NCBI GenBank assembly: GCA_016788205.1
Contig: JAEUTA010000021.1
Span: forward strand, 64,205 to 128,204
Direction of reading: 5' to 3'
Source: Flavobacteriales bacterium
GTDB taxonomy: Bacteria; Bacteroidota; Bacteroidia; Flavobacteriales_F; PHOS-HE28
DNA length: 64,000 bases
Made by a program: the position numbers and the translations under genes. Shown here piece by piece: positions 26,695 through 35,898 of this stretch. Position 1 is the first letter of the stretch, and every line of letters begins with the position of its first letter. Below the pieces are notes generated by a model, which saw only the letters and a list, made by a program, of their open reading frames with translations, had not been told where the DNA came from and ran no database searches.

Positions 26695-27417
26695 ATGGCT
26701 GTCTGTACCTTCCTCAGACCAAACATGAACGTGCGAGCGCTTATCCGGTCATTGTGCATTGCAGCGAAAATCACATTCGTCACAGACACCATGTCGCAAT
26801 CCGAAGCAGGTCTTGGTCTTGCCATAGCTCAAAGCGCGCCTTGGCGAGCGTTTATGTCGGATGACCGCGGCGAGGTTTCAGTTAACCTGCAACCAGCATT
26901 TGGGGTATTCGCCTCGTACAACAATCAGATCGAGGCAGGCCGAATGGCATGGATGAGGGCTGAATTCGGTTATGCTCAGTATCGACTGACACTCGTTCAA
27001 AATGGATATAGTTCGTGTTGCTCGACCAGGGACAGTGCAACCATCAAGGCTCGTACGCTCGCACTTCGATTGGGACCCGAATTCGAGATCGGCCGCAACA
27101 CGCGCCTATTTCTACCGATCCAATTCGCCTGGCCGCTGAGTTCGACTTCTTCGGGTGTACGGACCAAGACACCTGACTACACCCGTCGACCCTATTCCGA
27201 CGAGAAGGGCGAATACGGGGCCTTCGATGTTTCACTTGGGGCGGCTATCTACTTCCGAATACCCATCGGCACCACATATGGCTTATCCCTAGGACCGTCA
27301 CTCACTGTCGGTCTGTTCGATCAAGTCAAGACAATGGCTGATATGCGTCTTTGGAACTATGGTGCACTGGTGGCGCTTCAGCGTAGAGTGGTCTCAAAGG
27401 CACTCACACCGGACTGA
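26692..27417 (+). CDS. Hypothetical protein, possibly an outer-membrane beta-barrel (OMP_b-brl_2/PorT-like) family member. It lies in a locally lower-GC segment.
   Basis: About 241 aa with an alternating hydrophobic pattern and an architecture like the 63058-63789 protein. GC is roughly 52% against a background of about 62%. The start is uncertain and no clean signal peptide is seen. Confidence 0.4.
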   Translation: MMAVCTFLRPNMNVRALIRSLCIAAKITFVTDTMSQSEAGLGLAIAQSAPWRAFMSDDRGEVSVNLQPAFGVFASYNNQIEAGRMAWMRAEFGYAQYRLTLVQNGYSSCCSTRDSATIKARTLALRLGPEFEIGRNTRLFLPIQFAWPLSSTSSGVRTKTPDYTRRPYSDEKGEYGAFDVSLGAAIYFRIPIGTTYGLSLGPSLTVGLFDQVKTMADMRLWNYGALVALQRRVVSKALTPD

Positions 27418-27423
27418 ACAGCC

Positions 27424-27451
27424 GAAGGCCCTCGATCGCTCGAGGGCCTTC
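27424..27451. terminator. Perfect 12-bp-stem hairpin acting as a bidirectional terminator between convergent genes.
   Basis: GAAGGCCCTCGA-tcgc-TCGAGGGCCTTC. Confidence 0.6.
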
Positions 27452-27477
27452 CTGCTTATGGTGTATGGAGTTGGGTT

Positions 27478-28173
27478 CTAGAATTGGACCGGCACACGCA
27501 TCTGCACACGCACGGGGAGACCTTTATCGACGCCGGGTGTCCAAGGGCTGGTGGACTTGATCACATCCACTACTTGATCATCAATGCTCTCGCTCACACC
27601 GTCGATCACCTTCACATCGGTCAGCTTGCCATCCTTTTCCACGACGAAACTCGCCATGGCTTCACCCTTCACTTCCTTTCCAGTAGGGTCAACCTTTTCT
27701 TTGATCGTCCGCACCAGGGCTTTCTCGCCTCCAGGCATGGAAGGCATCGTCTCTGCACGCGTGTACAGGATGTTCGCCAGCGGCTCGGGATCGTAGACCT
27801 TTTCGGCAAGCGCATGTCCTGCCGCATCGTAGCGCAACCATACTCCGCTCTTATTGCCCATGACATAATCCCCTTTGCTTTCCACCTTACCGTTCGGGTG
27901 GAAGAACGTGAAGGGACCTTCTTCGATGGTCAACGCTGCATCGCGGAAACGGCCTTCGGCTTTCACCTTGCCATCCATCGTGTACATCTTGCCGATGAAC
28001 AATTCCCCGTCCTTGCCTTCGGGTTGAAGGTAGTACACGGCCTTCCCCTTCGAGGTCGGCTCCAGCACATTGCTCAGGTAGATCTTGACCGCTTTGGGGT
28101 CGTTGCCACCACCGGATGCGGCCGCGCCTGCTAGCGAAAGGACGAGGAATGGAACAGGGAGTAGAAGTCGCAC
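27478..28173 (-). CDS. TonB C-terminal domain protein with N-terminal MORN/YwqK-like repeats.
   Basis: Signal peptide, repeated G-[KY]-x-x-G motifs (GKMYTMDGKVKAEG, HPNGKVESKGDY, GNKSGVWLRY) and a TonB_C-like C-terminus. 231 aa. Confidence 0.55.
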   Translation of the reverse strand: MRLLLPVPFLVLSLAGAAASGGGNDPKAVKIYLSNVLEPTSKGKAVYYLQPEGKDGELFIGKMYTMDGKVKAEGRFRDAALTIEEGPFTFFHPNGKVESKGDYVMGNKSGVWLRYDAAGHALAEKVYDPEPLANILYTRAETMPSMPGGEKALVRTIKEKVDPTGKEVKGEAMASFVVEKDGKLTDVKVIDGVSESIDDQVVDVIKSTSPWTPGVDKGLPVRVQMRVPVQF

Positions 28174-28239
28174 GGCGCCTGGGGAGAGGTTTGTTCTCCA
28201 CCTGCTACGCGGGCACGTCGTTGAAGGTTACGTTACGCC

Positions 28240-29778
28240 CTAACCGGCCCAACCTTCCCGGTCCAGGCTGCGGTACTGGATGGCTTCCGCCAGGTGCTCG
28301 GTGCGGATATCGGCGCTACCAGCAAGGTCGGCCACAGTGCGACTCACTTTCAGGATGCGGTCATAGGCGCGTGCGCTGAGGCCAAGTCGGTCCATGGCCT
28401 TCTCCAAAAGCGCCTTACCCACATCATCGATGCGGCAGATCTCACGCAATTCCTTGCTGCCCATCTGGGCGTTACAGTGGATCTTGCGATCAACATACCG
28501 CTCCTGCTGCACCTTCCGCGCCAATATCACGCGCTCGCGCATATCAGCGCTCCTTTCACTCGGCCGCTCAGCGCTCAATTCATTGAATGGAACGGGCGTC
28601 ACCTCGATATGGATGTCTATCCTGTCCAATAGTGGACCGCTCACTTTGTTCAGGTACTTCTGCACCACACCGGGGGCGCATACACACGCCTTGTCCGGGT
28701 GATTGTAGTAGCCACATGGGCACGGGTTCATGGCCGCCACGAGCATGAAGCTGGCCGGGTATTCCACGGTGAACCGCGCACGGCTGATGGTGACCACGCG
28801 ATCCTCCAGCGGCTGACGAAGTACTTCGAGCACCTGCCGTTTGAACTCGGGCAACTCATCGAGGAAGAGCACACCGTTGTGCGCCAGGCTGATCTCGCCC
28901 GGTTGGGGGAACGAACCTCCACCGACCAATGCCACATCACTGATCGTGTGGTGCGGCGAACGATAGGGACGTACACTGAGCAAGCTATCCTCCTTCTTGA
29001 GTTTGCCGGCCACACTGTGGATCTTGGTGGTCTCCAGTGCCTCGTCGATGTTCAACGGAGGAAGAATGGTAGGCAGGCGTTTGGCGAGCATGGTCTTACC
29101 TGCTCCAGGTGGCCCGATCAGGATCAGGTTATGCCCACCGGCCGCTGCGATCTCAAAGGCGCGTTTGATGTTCTCCTGCCCCTTCACGTCGGCGATATCC
29201 ACGGGATAGCTTCGGCTGCTGTTGGCGAACTCCGCCTCGATATCCACCACGGTCGGCTGCAGAGAAGAGCGTCCGTGAAGGATATCGACCACCTCGCGCA
29301 GGTGTTCCACGCCATAGACCGTGAGCCCCGTTACGATCGCCGCCTCACGCGCGTTGGCAGCCGGAAGGATGATACCCTTGAACCCCTGTCGCTTCGCTTC
29401 GAGCGCGATCGGCAACGCTCCCTTGATAGGGCGCACGCCGCCATCGAGTGAAAGTTCACCCATCACCAAATGCGTCTCCAACAGATCCGGAGGGGCTTGA
29501 TCGGTGGCGGCGAGAAGGCCAACCGCGAGCGGAAGGTCGTAAGCCGTACCCTCCTTCCTGATGTCGGCCGGGGCAAGGTTGATAGTGACACCCTTACCAC
29601 GTGGGAAGTACAGACCATTGTTCCGCAGCGCGGCATCCATGCGTTGCTGGCTTTCCTTCACGGCGCTGTCCGGAAGACCGACCAGAAAGAAGAAGGCGCC
29701 GTTCTCAACGTTCACCTCGGCGGTGACGATGGTGGCATTGATGCCGAACACGGCACTGCCGTACACCTTTACAAGCAT
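28240..29778 (-). CDS. comM: YifB/ComM-family Mg-chelatase-like AAA+ ATPase.
   Basis: 512 aa, N-terminal Lon-like domain, Walker A GPPGAGKT, Walker B VLFLDELPEF. Confidence 0.85.
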   Translation of the reverse strand: MLVKVYGSAVFGINATIVTAEVNVENGAFFFLVGLPDSAVKESQQRMDAALRNNGLYFPRGKGVTINLAPADIRKEGTAYDLPLAVGLLAATDQAPPDLLETHLVMGELSLDGGVRPIKGALPIALEAKRQGFKGIILPAANAREAAIVTGLTVYGVEHLREVVDILHGRSSLQPTVVDIEAEFANSSRSYPVDIADVKGQENIKRAFEIAAAGGHNLILIGPPGAGKTMLAKRLPTILPPLNIDEALETTKIHSVAGKLKKEDSLLSVRPYRSPHHTISDVALVGGGSFPQPGEISLAHNGVLFLDELPEFKRQVLEVLRQPLEDRVVTISRARFTVEYPASFMLVAAMNPCPCGYYNHPDKACVCAPGVVQKYLNKVSGPLLDRIDIHIEVTPVPFNELSAERPSERSADMRERVILARKVQQERYVDRKIHCNAQMGSKELREICRIDDVGKALLEKAMDRLGLSARAYDRILKVSRTVADLAGSADIRTEHLAEAIQYRSLDREGWAG

Positions 29779-29783
29779 GGTGA

Positions 29784-30383
29784 CTAGAGCTGGTCTGCGC
29801 GGCGCGGGAGAGCGAGGTCGCGTTCGATGTGATCGATGAAAGCGTGAATGATCTTGATGTGCACCTCCTGGATGCGGTCCGCGTAGCCATGGTGTGGTAC
29901 GCGCACTTCCACGGTGCTGAGATCCGCGAGCTTACCACCGTCCTTTCCGGTGAGGCCGATGACGTGCATGTGTTTCTCGCGGGCCATTTCCGCAGCGCGC
30001 AACACATTGGGGCTGTTGCCACTGGTGCTGATGGCGAGCAACACATCGCCCTCGCGGCCATGCGCCTGCACGAACCGCGCGAACACGTGCTCGAAGCCGT
30101 GATCGTTGCCCACACAGGTGAGGTGGCTGGGATCGCTGATGCTTAGCGCGGCGATCGGCGGACGGTCGTCGCGGTATTTGCCCGTGAGCTCTTCGGCGAA
30201 GTGCATGGCATCGCACATGCTGCCACCGTTGCCGCAGCTGATCACCTTGGCACCCTGCTTCAGGCAATAGCTCATGAACGCAGCCGCCTGCTCCACAGCG
30301 GCGATGTTGGCGGGATCGGCGAGGAAACGGCCGAGCACGTCGTTCGCTTCGGCGAAATGGGAACGGATCCGGTCGACGCTCAT
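29784..30383 (-). CDS. SIS-domain sugar-phosphate isomerase, GmhA (D-sedoheptulose-7-phosphate isomerase)/DiaA-like.
   Basis: [20 protein letters not shown] and [13 protein letters not shown], the typical SIS/GmhA motifs. 199 aa. Confidence 0.7.
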   Translation of the reverse strand: MSVDRIRSHFAEANDVLGRFLADPANIAAVEQAAAFMSYCLKQGAKVISCGNGGSMCDAMHFAEELTGKYRDDRPPIAALSISDPSHLTCVGNDHGFEHVFARFVQAHGREGDVLLAISTSGNSPNVLRAAEMAREKHMHVIGLTGKDGGKLADLSTVEVRVPHHGYADRIQEVHIKIIHAFIDHIERDLALPRRADQL

Positions 30384-30416
30384 AGCGTCAAAGATGGTAC
30401 AGATCCACGAACCGGC

Positions 30417-32456
30417 TTACAGGCTGGCCTGAGCGCCGAGCTTCTTCATGGCGTCCAGGCCACGCCGCAGGAAGGTGGCATACTCGGACCTGTCCGGAGT
30501 GTAGCCTACCGGGTCGGTCAAGAGCTGCCCGTCAGGACTCAACAGCACGTAGAGTGGTTGGCTGGCACTGGCGAAATTCTCGGATTGAAGCGTCGCCCAT
30601 TTGTTGCCATGCGTGATGATCGGCTTCTTGCTGCCCGTAGCGGTCTCATGGATGAACTGCTCGTCTTTGGGCAGTTCGCGCTTATCGTCAACGTAGAGCG
30701 ATACGAGCACATAGTCGTTCTCGATGACCTCTTTCACACCTTGTTCCGGCCAGACATGCTCTTCCATCTTGCGGCAGTTCACACAAGCCCATCCGGTGAA
30801 GTCGATCATCAAAGGCTTGTTCACCGTGCGTGCGTGCGCCAAGGCATCATTCAGGTCATGGAATGCCTCAGCTTCCTTCGGGAATATCCAACTATAGCCT
30901 GCAGGTGGAGCAAGACCGCTCATCAGCGCTACAGGTTTGAAGGACTTCGCTTCCTGATCCACGCGAAGCCCGAAGGCCAGGTAAACAGTGGTAGCCGTAA
31001 AGAGGGCTATGAACGCCCAGCGCGGCGCGGAACGTTTCTTCACCGGGCTATCGTGCGGGAAGCGGATGACACCGAAGAGGTAGAGCACGATACCCAACGC
31101 ACAGATCACCCAAACGATCATGAAGAGTTCGTAGGGGACGATACTCCACTGCTTCACCAGGTCGGCGTTGCTGAGGAATTTGAATGCCAGTGCTATTTCG
31201 GCAAAGCCGAGCACCACCTTCACGCTGTTCAGCCATGAACCGCTACGAGGTAGTGAGTTCAACCAGCTTGGGAACAAGGCGAACAAGGCGAACGGAAGAG
31301 CGAGCGCCATACCAAAACCACCAAGACCCGCTGTCAATTGCCAAGCACCGCCGTCAGCGGTGAGCGCACCGGCAAGCAACGACCCCAGAATCGGACCCGT
31401 GCAACTAAAGGACACCAGCGCGAGCGTGAGCGCCATGAAGAAGATGCCGACCATGCCACCGAACTTGGAGGCCTTCTGGTCCATGCTGTTCACCCAGCTG
31501 CTGGGCAGTGTGATCTCGAAGTAGCCAAAGAAGCTCACCGCGAACACGAGGAAGATCACGAAGAAGAAGATGTTCAGCCAGGGGTTGGTGCTGATCTCGT
31601 TGAAGATCTCCGGGTTCACCGAACCGAGCAGGTGGAACGGCAGGCTGAAGAGCAGGTAGATCCCGAGGATGAAACCGCCGTAGGTGAGCGCGTTCTTCAA
31701 CCCTTGCTTCTTGTCCTCGCTTCCCTTGGTGAAGAAACTGACGGTGAGCGGGATCATGGGGAACACACAGGGCGTGAGTAGCGCTACGAGTCCACCGAGG
31801 AACCCGAGGAAGAAGATCTTCCACAAGGTGTTGGCCTCCTTCACCACGGCCTCTGTTCCAGGGATCACAGGCGCGTTGAGATCGACGTTCGCCAGCTTCA
31901 ATTCCGCTGAACCAGAGCGCGTCTTCAGGCCCGCGAATTTGGGATCGTTGGGATTCAGCGCAACACTGCTCAACTCAAACGCGCCGGACTCCAGGAAATA
32001 CACGAAGTAGATCGTCTTCGGTGGCAGGCACTGCGAATCGTCACATGTGCCGAAATCGAAATACCCAGTGATGCCTGCCGAGGGGTCACTGACCTTCAAG
32101 CGTTGGGTGAAGACCGCCAGTTCCTTGAACTTCTTCACGTTCATGGCGAACATCTCGTCCATGCCCTCGATCACTTTGGGGCCGGTCTCTTTCAACTCGC
32201 CTTCCACTGTCACACCCGGTAACGAGTCGATCTTCACCGATGTCGGCCACGGGCCCATATCACCGTAATTGATCGTGGAATAGACATACCAGCCCTTCTC
32301 GATCGCGGCGTTGAAATTCAGGTCCCAAGCATCACCGTTCTGGACCGCTGTGAGGGTCAACTTCACCGGATCAGCGACAGCACCGGCACCCGTAGGCTGT
32401 GCCCAGGCGGTGACCATCACGAACAAGGAGAACGATATGCAGAGAAAGGTCTTCAT
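30417..32456 (-). CDS. dsbD: Thiol:disulfide interchange protein DsbD, full length (alpha-beta-gamma).
   Basis: N-terminal DsbD-alpha motif (FDFGTCDDSQCLPP), a TM core with CVFPMIP, and a C-terminal thioredoxin WACVNCRKME. 679 aa. Confidence 0.85.
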   Translation of the reverse strand: MKTFLCISFSLFVMVTAWAQPTGAGAVADPVKLTLTAVQNGDAWDLNFNAAIEKGWYVYSTINYGDMGPWPTSVKIDSLPGVTVEGELKETGPKVIEGMDEMFAMNVKKFKELAVFTQRLKVSDPSAGITGYFDFGTCDDSQCLPPKTIYFVYFLESGAFELSSVALNPNDPKFAGLKTRSGSAELKLANVDLNAPVIPGTEAVVKEANTLWKIFFLGFLGGLVALLTPCVFPMIPLTVSFFTKGSEDKKQGLKNALTYGGFILGIYLLFSLPFHLLGSVNPEIFNEISTNPWLNIFFFVIFLVFAVSFFGYFEITLPSSWVNSMDQKASKFGGMVGIFFMALTLALVSFSCTGPILGSLLAGALTADGGAWQLTAGLGGFGMALALPFALFALFPSWLNSLPRSGSWLNSVKVVLGFAEIALAFKFLSNADLVKQWSIVPYELFMIVWVICALGIVLYLFGVIRFPHDSPVKKRSAPRWAFIALFTATTVYLAFGLRVDQEAKSFKPVALMSGLAPPAGYSWIFPKEAEAFHDLNDALAHARTVNKPLMIDFTGWACVNCRKMEEHVWPEQGVKEVIENDYVLVSLYVDDKRELPKDEQFIHETATGSKKPIITHGNKWATLQSENFASASQPLYVLLSPDGQLLTDPVGYTPDRSEYATFLRRGLDAMKKLGAQASL

Positions 32457-32459
32457 CGA

Positions 32460-32909
32460 TCAAGGCTTCACGTCCGCAGCGGGAACATCTATGGAGAACT
32501 TCACCACCTCCGGTGGAAGACAGGTCTTGTCATTACATACCATGAATTCCACTTCGCCTGTGACGACCTGTGCGGCACCGGTGTTCTTGAAGCGCTGCAC
32601 GAAGACAGGTGTTCCGGAGTGGTAGCGCACCTGCATCTCGAAGTTGGGATCGAAGACCTCTTCAGGCTTGGGTTCCGCAAGTTCGCCAACGCGCACCAAG
32701 GCATCGTTCTTCTCAAAACGGATGGTGGTGGGGATGGGCCCGAGGTCGTTCTCCAACTGCGTGGCGTAGATGTGCCAACCCTCGCCGACCGTTGCGGTGA
32801 GTGCCACAGCGACGGCTCCATCAGCAACGGGTTTCGCGGCAAAGGACCAACTGACCGGACCGGTGGGCACCATCGTGGACAGTGCAGTGGCTAGGATGAA
32901 GGGATGCAT
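32460..32909 (-). CDS. Stand-alone DsbD N-terminal (alpha) domain protein.
   Basis: 149 aa with a signal peptide and the hallmark FMVCNDKTCLPP. It ends 3 nt upstream of the dsbD ATG. Confidence 0.65.
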   Translation of the reverse strand: MHPFILATALSTMVPTGPVSWSFAAKPVADGAVAVALTATVGEGWHIYATQLENDLGPIPTTIRFEKNDALVRVGELAEPKPEEVFDPNFEMQVRYHSGTPVFVQRFKNTGAAQVVTGEVEFMVCNDKTCLPPEVVKFSIDVPAADVKP

Positions 32910-32983
32910 GGCGAAAGCGGTGGTCGCAAAAATAGGCCCACCCCTACGCAGGAATACCAGCCGTTAACAAGATACTAGGGATC

Positions 32984-33274
32984 CTACGGGATATCCACGC
33001 TCACCACGCGGCTGACCGGAATGGTCATACCATACTTGAGCACGATGTTCTCCGGGTCGAAGGTCCAGATGGTGGTCTCAACAGCCTTCAAGCCCTCATC
33101 ATCCTGGAACACGATGCGGCATTTGCCATGCTCAACGTTCCCCAATCGGGTGGCTTCCTCCATGTTGTGGAGTATCCCTCTTCGTTCCACATCGCTCAAC
33201 ATCAGCGGCTGTCGCGGAAAACGCAGCGAGGAGATCCGTTCCTTCGGAATGATCAGGGCGTTGGTGGGAAGCAT
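32984..33274 (-). CDS. Hypothetical small protein.
   Basis: ORF trimmed to the internal Met (MLPTNAL...) to avoid overlapping tilS. No recognisable motif. Low confidence. Confidence 0.3.
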   Translation of the reverse strand: MLPTNALIIPKERISSLRFPRQPLMLSDVERRGILHNMEEATRLGNVEHGKCRIVFQDDEGLKAVETTIWTFDPENIVLKYGMTIPVSRVVSVDIP

Positions 33275-33354
33275 GGTGTGGGGCTTGGGGAGCCCTGAAG
33301 TTAGCGTCAGAAAGACCGGATCCCAAATACGGTTGAAAAGAACCACCGCGATCC

Positions 33355-34671
33355 TCAGAGGCCCGACCAACGGAACTTGAGCACAGTGGCGCTGGAGCTG
33401 GTCGCCTTCACCCCTTCTGAAAGCCGCATTCCACAGAGCCAGATGATGCGATCGCCATCGGCCAGGACATGGATCCGATCCTTGCGGTCCCGCGGGATCT
33501 TGGCGTCGATGAGGATATCACTGATCAGCTTGCTGCCACCCAACCCCTCTGGCCGCATGCGGTCGCCGGGCCGCCATGGGCGCAGTTGCAGCGGGAAGGA
33601 GAAGCGATCGGCATCCAACCAAGCGACGTTGGCGCCCGCTCCCGGGTCGACCTCGGTGGGTGACGAAACCTGAACGCTGAGCAACGCACCTTCACGCGGA
33701 GCTTCGGCACCGTGGAAAATGGTGATACCGGGGGCACCTGCGCTCGGGGCGACAACCAGTTCCTTACGGTCCACGAACACCTCGACGCTTTCGCCTGGAA
33801 AACGAGCCCCTGTGTGACCAGCATGGATCGCAGCTAGCATATCATCGAACCGATCGGGATGGAAACCCTTGTGGCGCAGAAGCCGGTGAAGAACGATCAA
33901 CGGTGCCGGACCAAGGATCCGCTGGAACGGGATGCGCAAGGTCCCGTCGGCCTCAGGCACAAGGTCTTCCAAGCACCGTGAACCGTGATCCCGCGCCAGC
34001 GCGTCCAATTCACCGAACAGGCGCATGTTCCGTGCGAGGTTGCGATGCGTGCCCGGCCGCCAACTCTCGAGCATCGGAAGGAGTTCGTTGCGGATGCGGT
34101 TGCGCAGGTAAGCGTCATCCCCATTGCTCGCATCCTCACGCCAGGGGATCCCGTTCGCTTCGGCATAGCCCGTGATCGTTGCCTTGTCCACATCGATCAA
34201 CGGCCTGATGATCGTTCCGTGCCGTGCCGGAATGGAAGCCCAGCCCCGGGCACCCATTCCTTGGATCATGCCCAGGAAGAACGTCTCCGTCACATCGTCC
34301 TCATGGTGCGCCGTGGCGATCTTATCGGGCCCTCGTGCCGTCAATTGCGCGAACCATTCCATCCGCAATGACCGCGCGGCCATCTGCGTGCTTTCACCGG
34401 TCTCCGTAGCACGTGCCTTCACCTCCACACGCAGCACTTCGCAAGGGATGCCGTGCTGTTCGCAATACGCCGTAACGAGCGCACGGTCGGCATCGCTCGC
34501 ATCGCCACGCAAACCGTGATCCACATGCGCGACATGGCATGGATGCCCCAAGCATCGTAGCGCATGCAACAGCACCATGCTGTCCGCCCCTCCGCTCACG
34601 GCCACCCACAGTGGTTCACCCGGCCTAGCCAGGTCCCGCTCGGCCAGGGTCGCTCGCACACGATCAAGCAT
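33355..34671 (-). CDS. tilS: tRNA(Ile)-lysidine synthetase.
   Basis: PP-loop LWVAVSGGADSMVLLH, 438 aa. Confidence 0.85.
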   Translation of the reverse strand: MLDRVRATLAERDLARPGEPLWVAVSGGADSMVLLHALRCLGHPCHVAHVDHGLRGDASDADRALVTAYCEQHGIPCEVLRVEVKARATETGESTQMAARSLRMEWFAQLTARGPDKIATAHHEDDVTETFFLGMIQGMGARGWASIPARHGTIIRPLIDVDKATITGYAEANGIPWREDASNGDDAYLRNRIRNELLPMLESWRPGTHRNLARNMRLFGELDALARDHGSRCLEDLVPEADGTLRIPFQRILGPAPLIVLHRLLRHKGFHPDRFDDMLAAIHAGHTGARFPGESVEVFVDRKELVVAPSAGAPGITIFHGAEAPREGALLSVQVSSPTEVDPGAGANVAWLDADRFSFPLQLRPWRPGDRMRPEGLGGSKLISDILIDAKIPRDRKDRIHVLADGDRIIWLCGMRLSEGVKATSSSATVLKFRWSGL

Positions 34672-35887
34672 GGCACAGTGCTTCGATCACGGAACGCGCT
34701 TTCACCTGGCACTCTTCGTACTCGCTCTCGGGATCGCATTGTGCGGTGATGGCACTGCCCGTGGTAAGGGAAAGCGACCCGTTCGCAGCGTTGAACAGCA
34801 CCGTGCGGATGACCACATTGAAGTCGCCCGTGCCGTAGGGGTCGAAGAAACCAAGGCTTCCGCTGAACGGTCCACGAGGCCCCTCCTCCACGTCCTGGAT
34901 CAGCTCCATGGCGCGTCGTTTCGGGGCGCCGGTCATGCTGGCCATGGGAAAGCTTGCACGAAGCACGTCCATCGGGGTAAGATCGTTACGCATCTCAGCT
35001 GAAACGGTACTGACCATCTGATGTACGCGCTGGTAGGATCGCACGGCGCAAAGTTCTTCCACCCGCACCGAACGGGTGGCGGCGATGCGCGATAGATCGT
35101 TGCGCATGACATCCAGTGCCATGATGTTCTCGCTGCGTTCCTTGGCATCGGTGGCAAGCTCTTCGGCGGCACGGCGATCCTGTTCCGGATCGGCGTGGCG
35201 GGGGCGCGTACCTTTCATCGGTTCGCCCACTACGCGCCTGTGATCGAAGGCGAGATAACGCTCCGGGCTAGCACATAGGGCGAACGCTTCGTTGCGGCGA
35301 TGGAATGCCGCGAACGGCGCCTGCGAGCGCGAGAGCAAGGTCTCGAACGACAGGAAGGGGTCGAACTCAGGGACGCTTGCAGAACGGGTCGTACAATAAT
35401 TCACCTCGTAGATATCGCCGCGTTGGATGTGGGCCAGCAACTGTTGCGTCCTTCGGATGTACTCCGCTTTCGTGGTATGCGATCGCCAGTGTATGGATGG
35501 TGTCGCGTAGGTACCGCTCCGTCGATCCTGGAAGGCGTCTTTGCACCACTTGAGCGAGCGCTCGACTTCATCCTGATGAACATGGAGCGATACGTTCTTT
35601 CCGCGCCATTCCACCACCAGTCGGGGGATCCACCATCGCGCGTTCGCAGGATCGGTGGGAGACGCATGGAAAAGCTCGTCCTTCCACTCGTACCGGAGCG
35701 CACCGAAGACCCAATCCGTCGCACAGCCTTGTGCATCGAATCCGGGTGCTACCAGCTCTTCCTTCATCCCGATGGCAAGTACGGAGCGATCATGATCGGC
35801 GATGCGGCGGAAAAGGAAATGTTCTTCGCTGCGCAGGGCATCCCAATTGAAGGCAGCTACTTCGCCGAGTTCGATGGTCGTGCGCAT
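34664..35887 (-). CDS. Chorismate-binding enzyme, aminodeoxychorismate synthase component I-like (PabB/TrpE family).
   Basis: C-terminal chorismate-binding signature (MASMTGAPKRRAMELIQDVEEGPRGPFSGSLGFF). The start was moved to the internal Met (MRTTIELGE) at 35887. The track ORF's N-terminal extension would overlap lnt. Confidence 0.7.
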   Translation of the reverse strand: MRTTIELGEVAAFNWDALRSEEHFLFRRIADHDRSVLAIGMKEELVAPGFDAQGCATDWVFGALRYEWKDELFHASPTDPANARWWIPRLVVEWRGKNVSLHVHQDEVERSLKWCKDAFQDRRSGTYATPSIHWRSHTTKAEYIRRTQQLLAHIQRGDIYEVNYCTTRSASVPEFDPFLSFETLLSRSQAPFAAFHRRNEAFALCASPERYLAFDHRRVVGEPMKGTRPRHADPEQDRRAAEELATDAKERSENIMALDVMRNDLSRIAATRSVRVEELCAVRSYQRVHQMVSTVSAEMRNDLTPMDVLRASFPMASMTGAPKRRAMELIQDVEEGPRGPFSGSLGFFDPYGTGDFNVVIRTVLFNAANGSLSLTTGSAITAQCDPESEYEECQVKARSVIEALCHA

Positions 35888-35898
35888 GTGGCAGCAAA

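Noticed and set aside
26692-27417. The lower-GC gene, considered as a genomic island.
   Set aside because: It is a single gene with no mobility genes and no direct repeats at its borders. It is reported only as a compositional anomaly.
32456-32462. A possible frameshift joining the stand-alone DsbD-alpha ORF to dsbD.
   Set aside because: Each ORF has its own signal peptide. The downstream DsbD already contains a complete alpha domain, and there is a clean TGA-N3-ATG junction.
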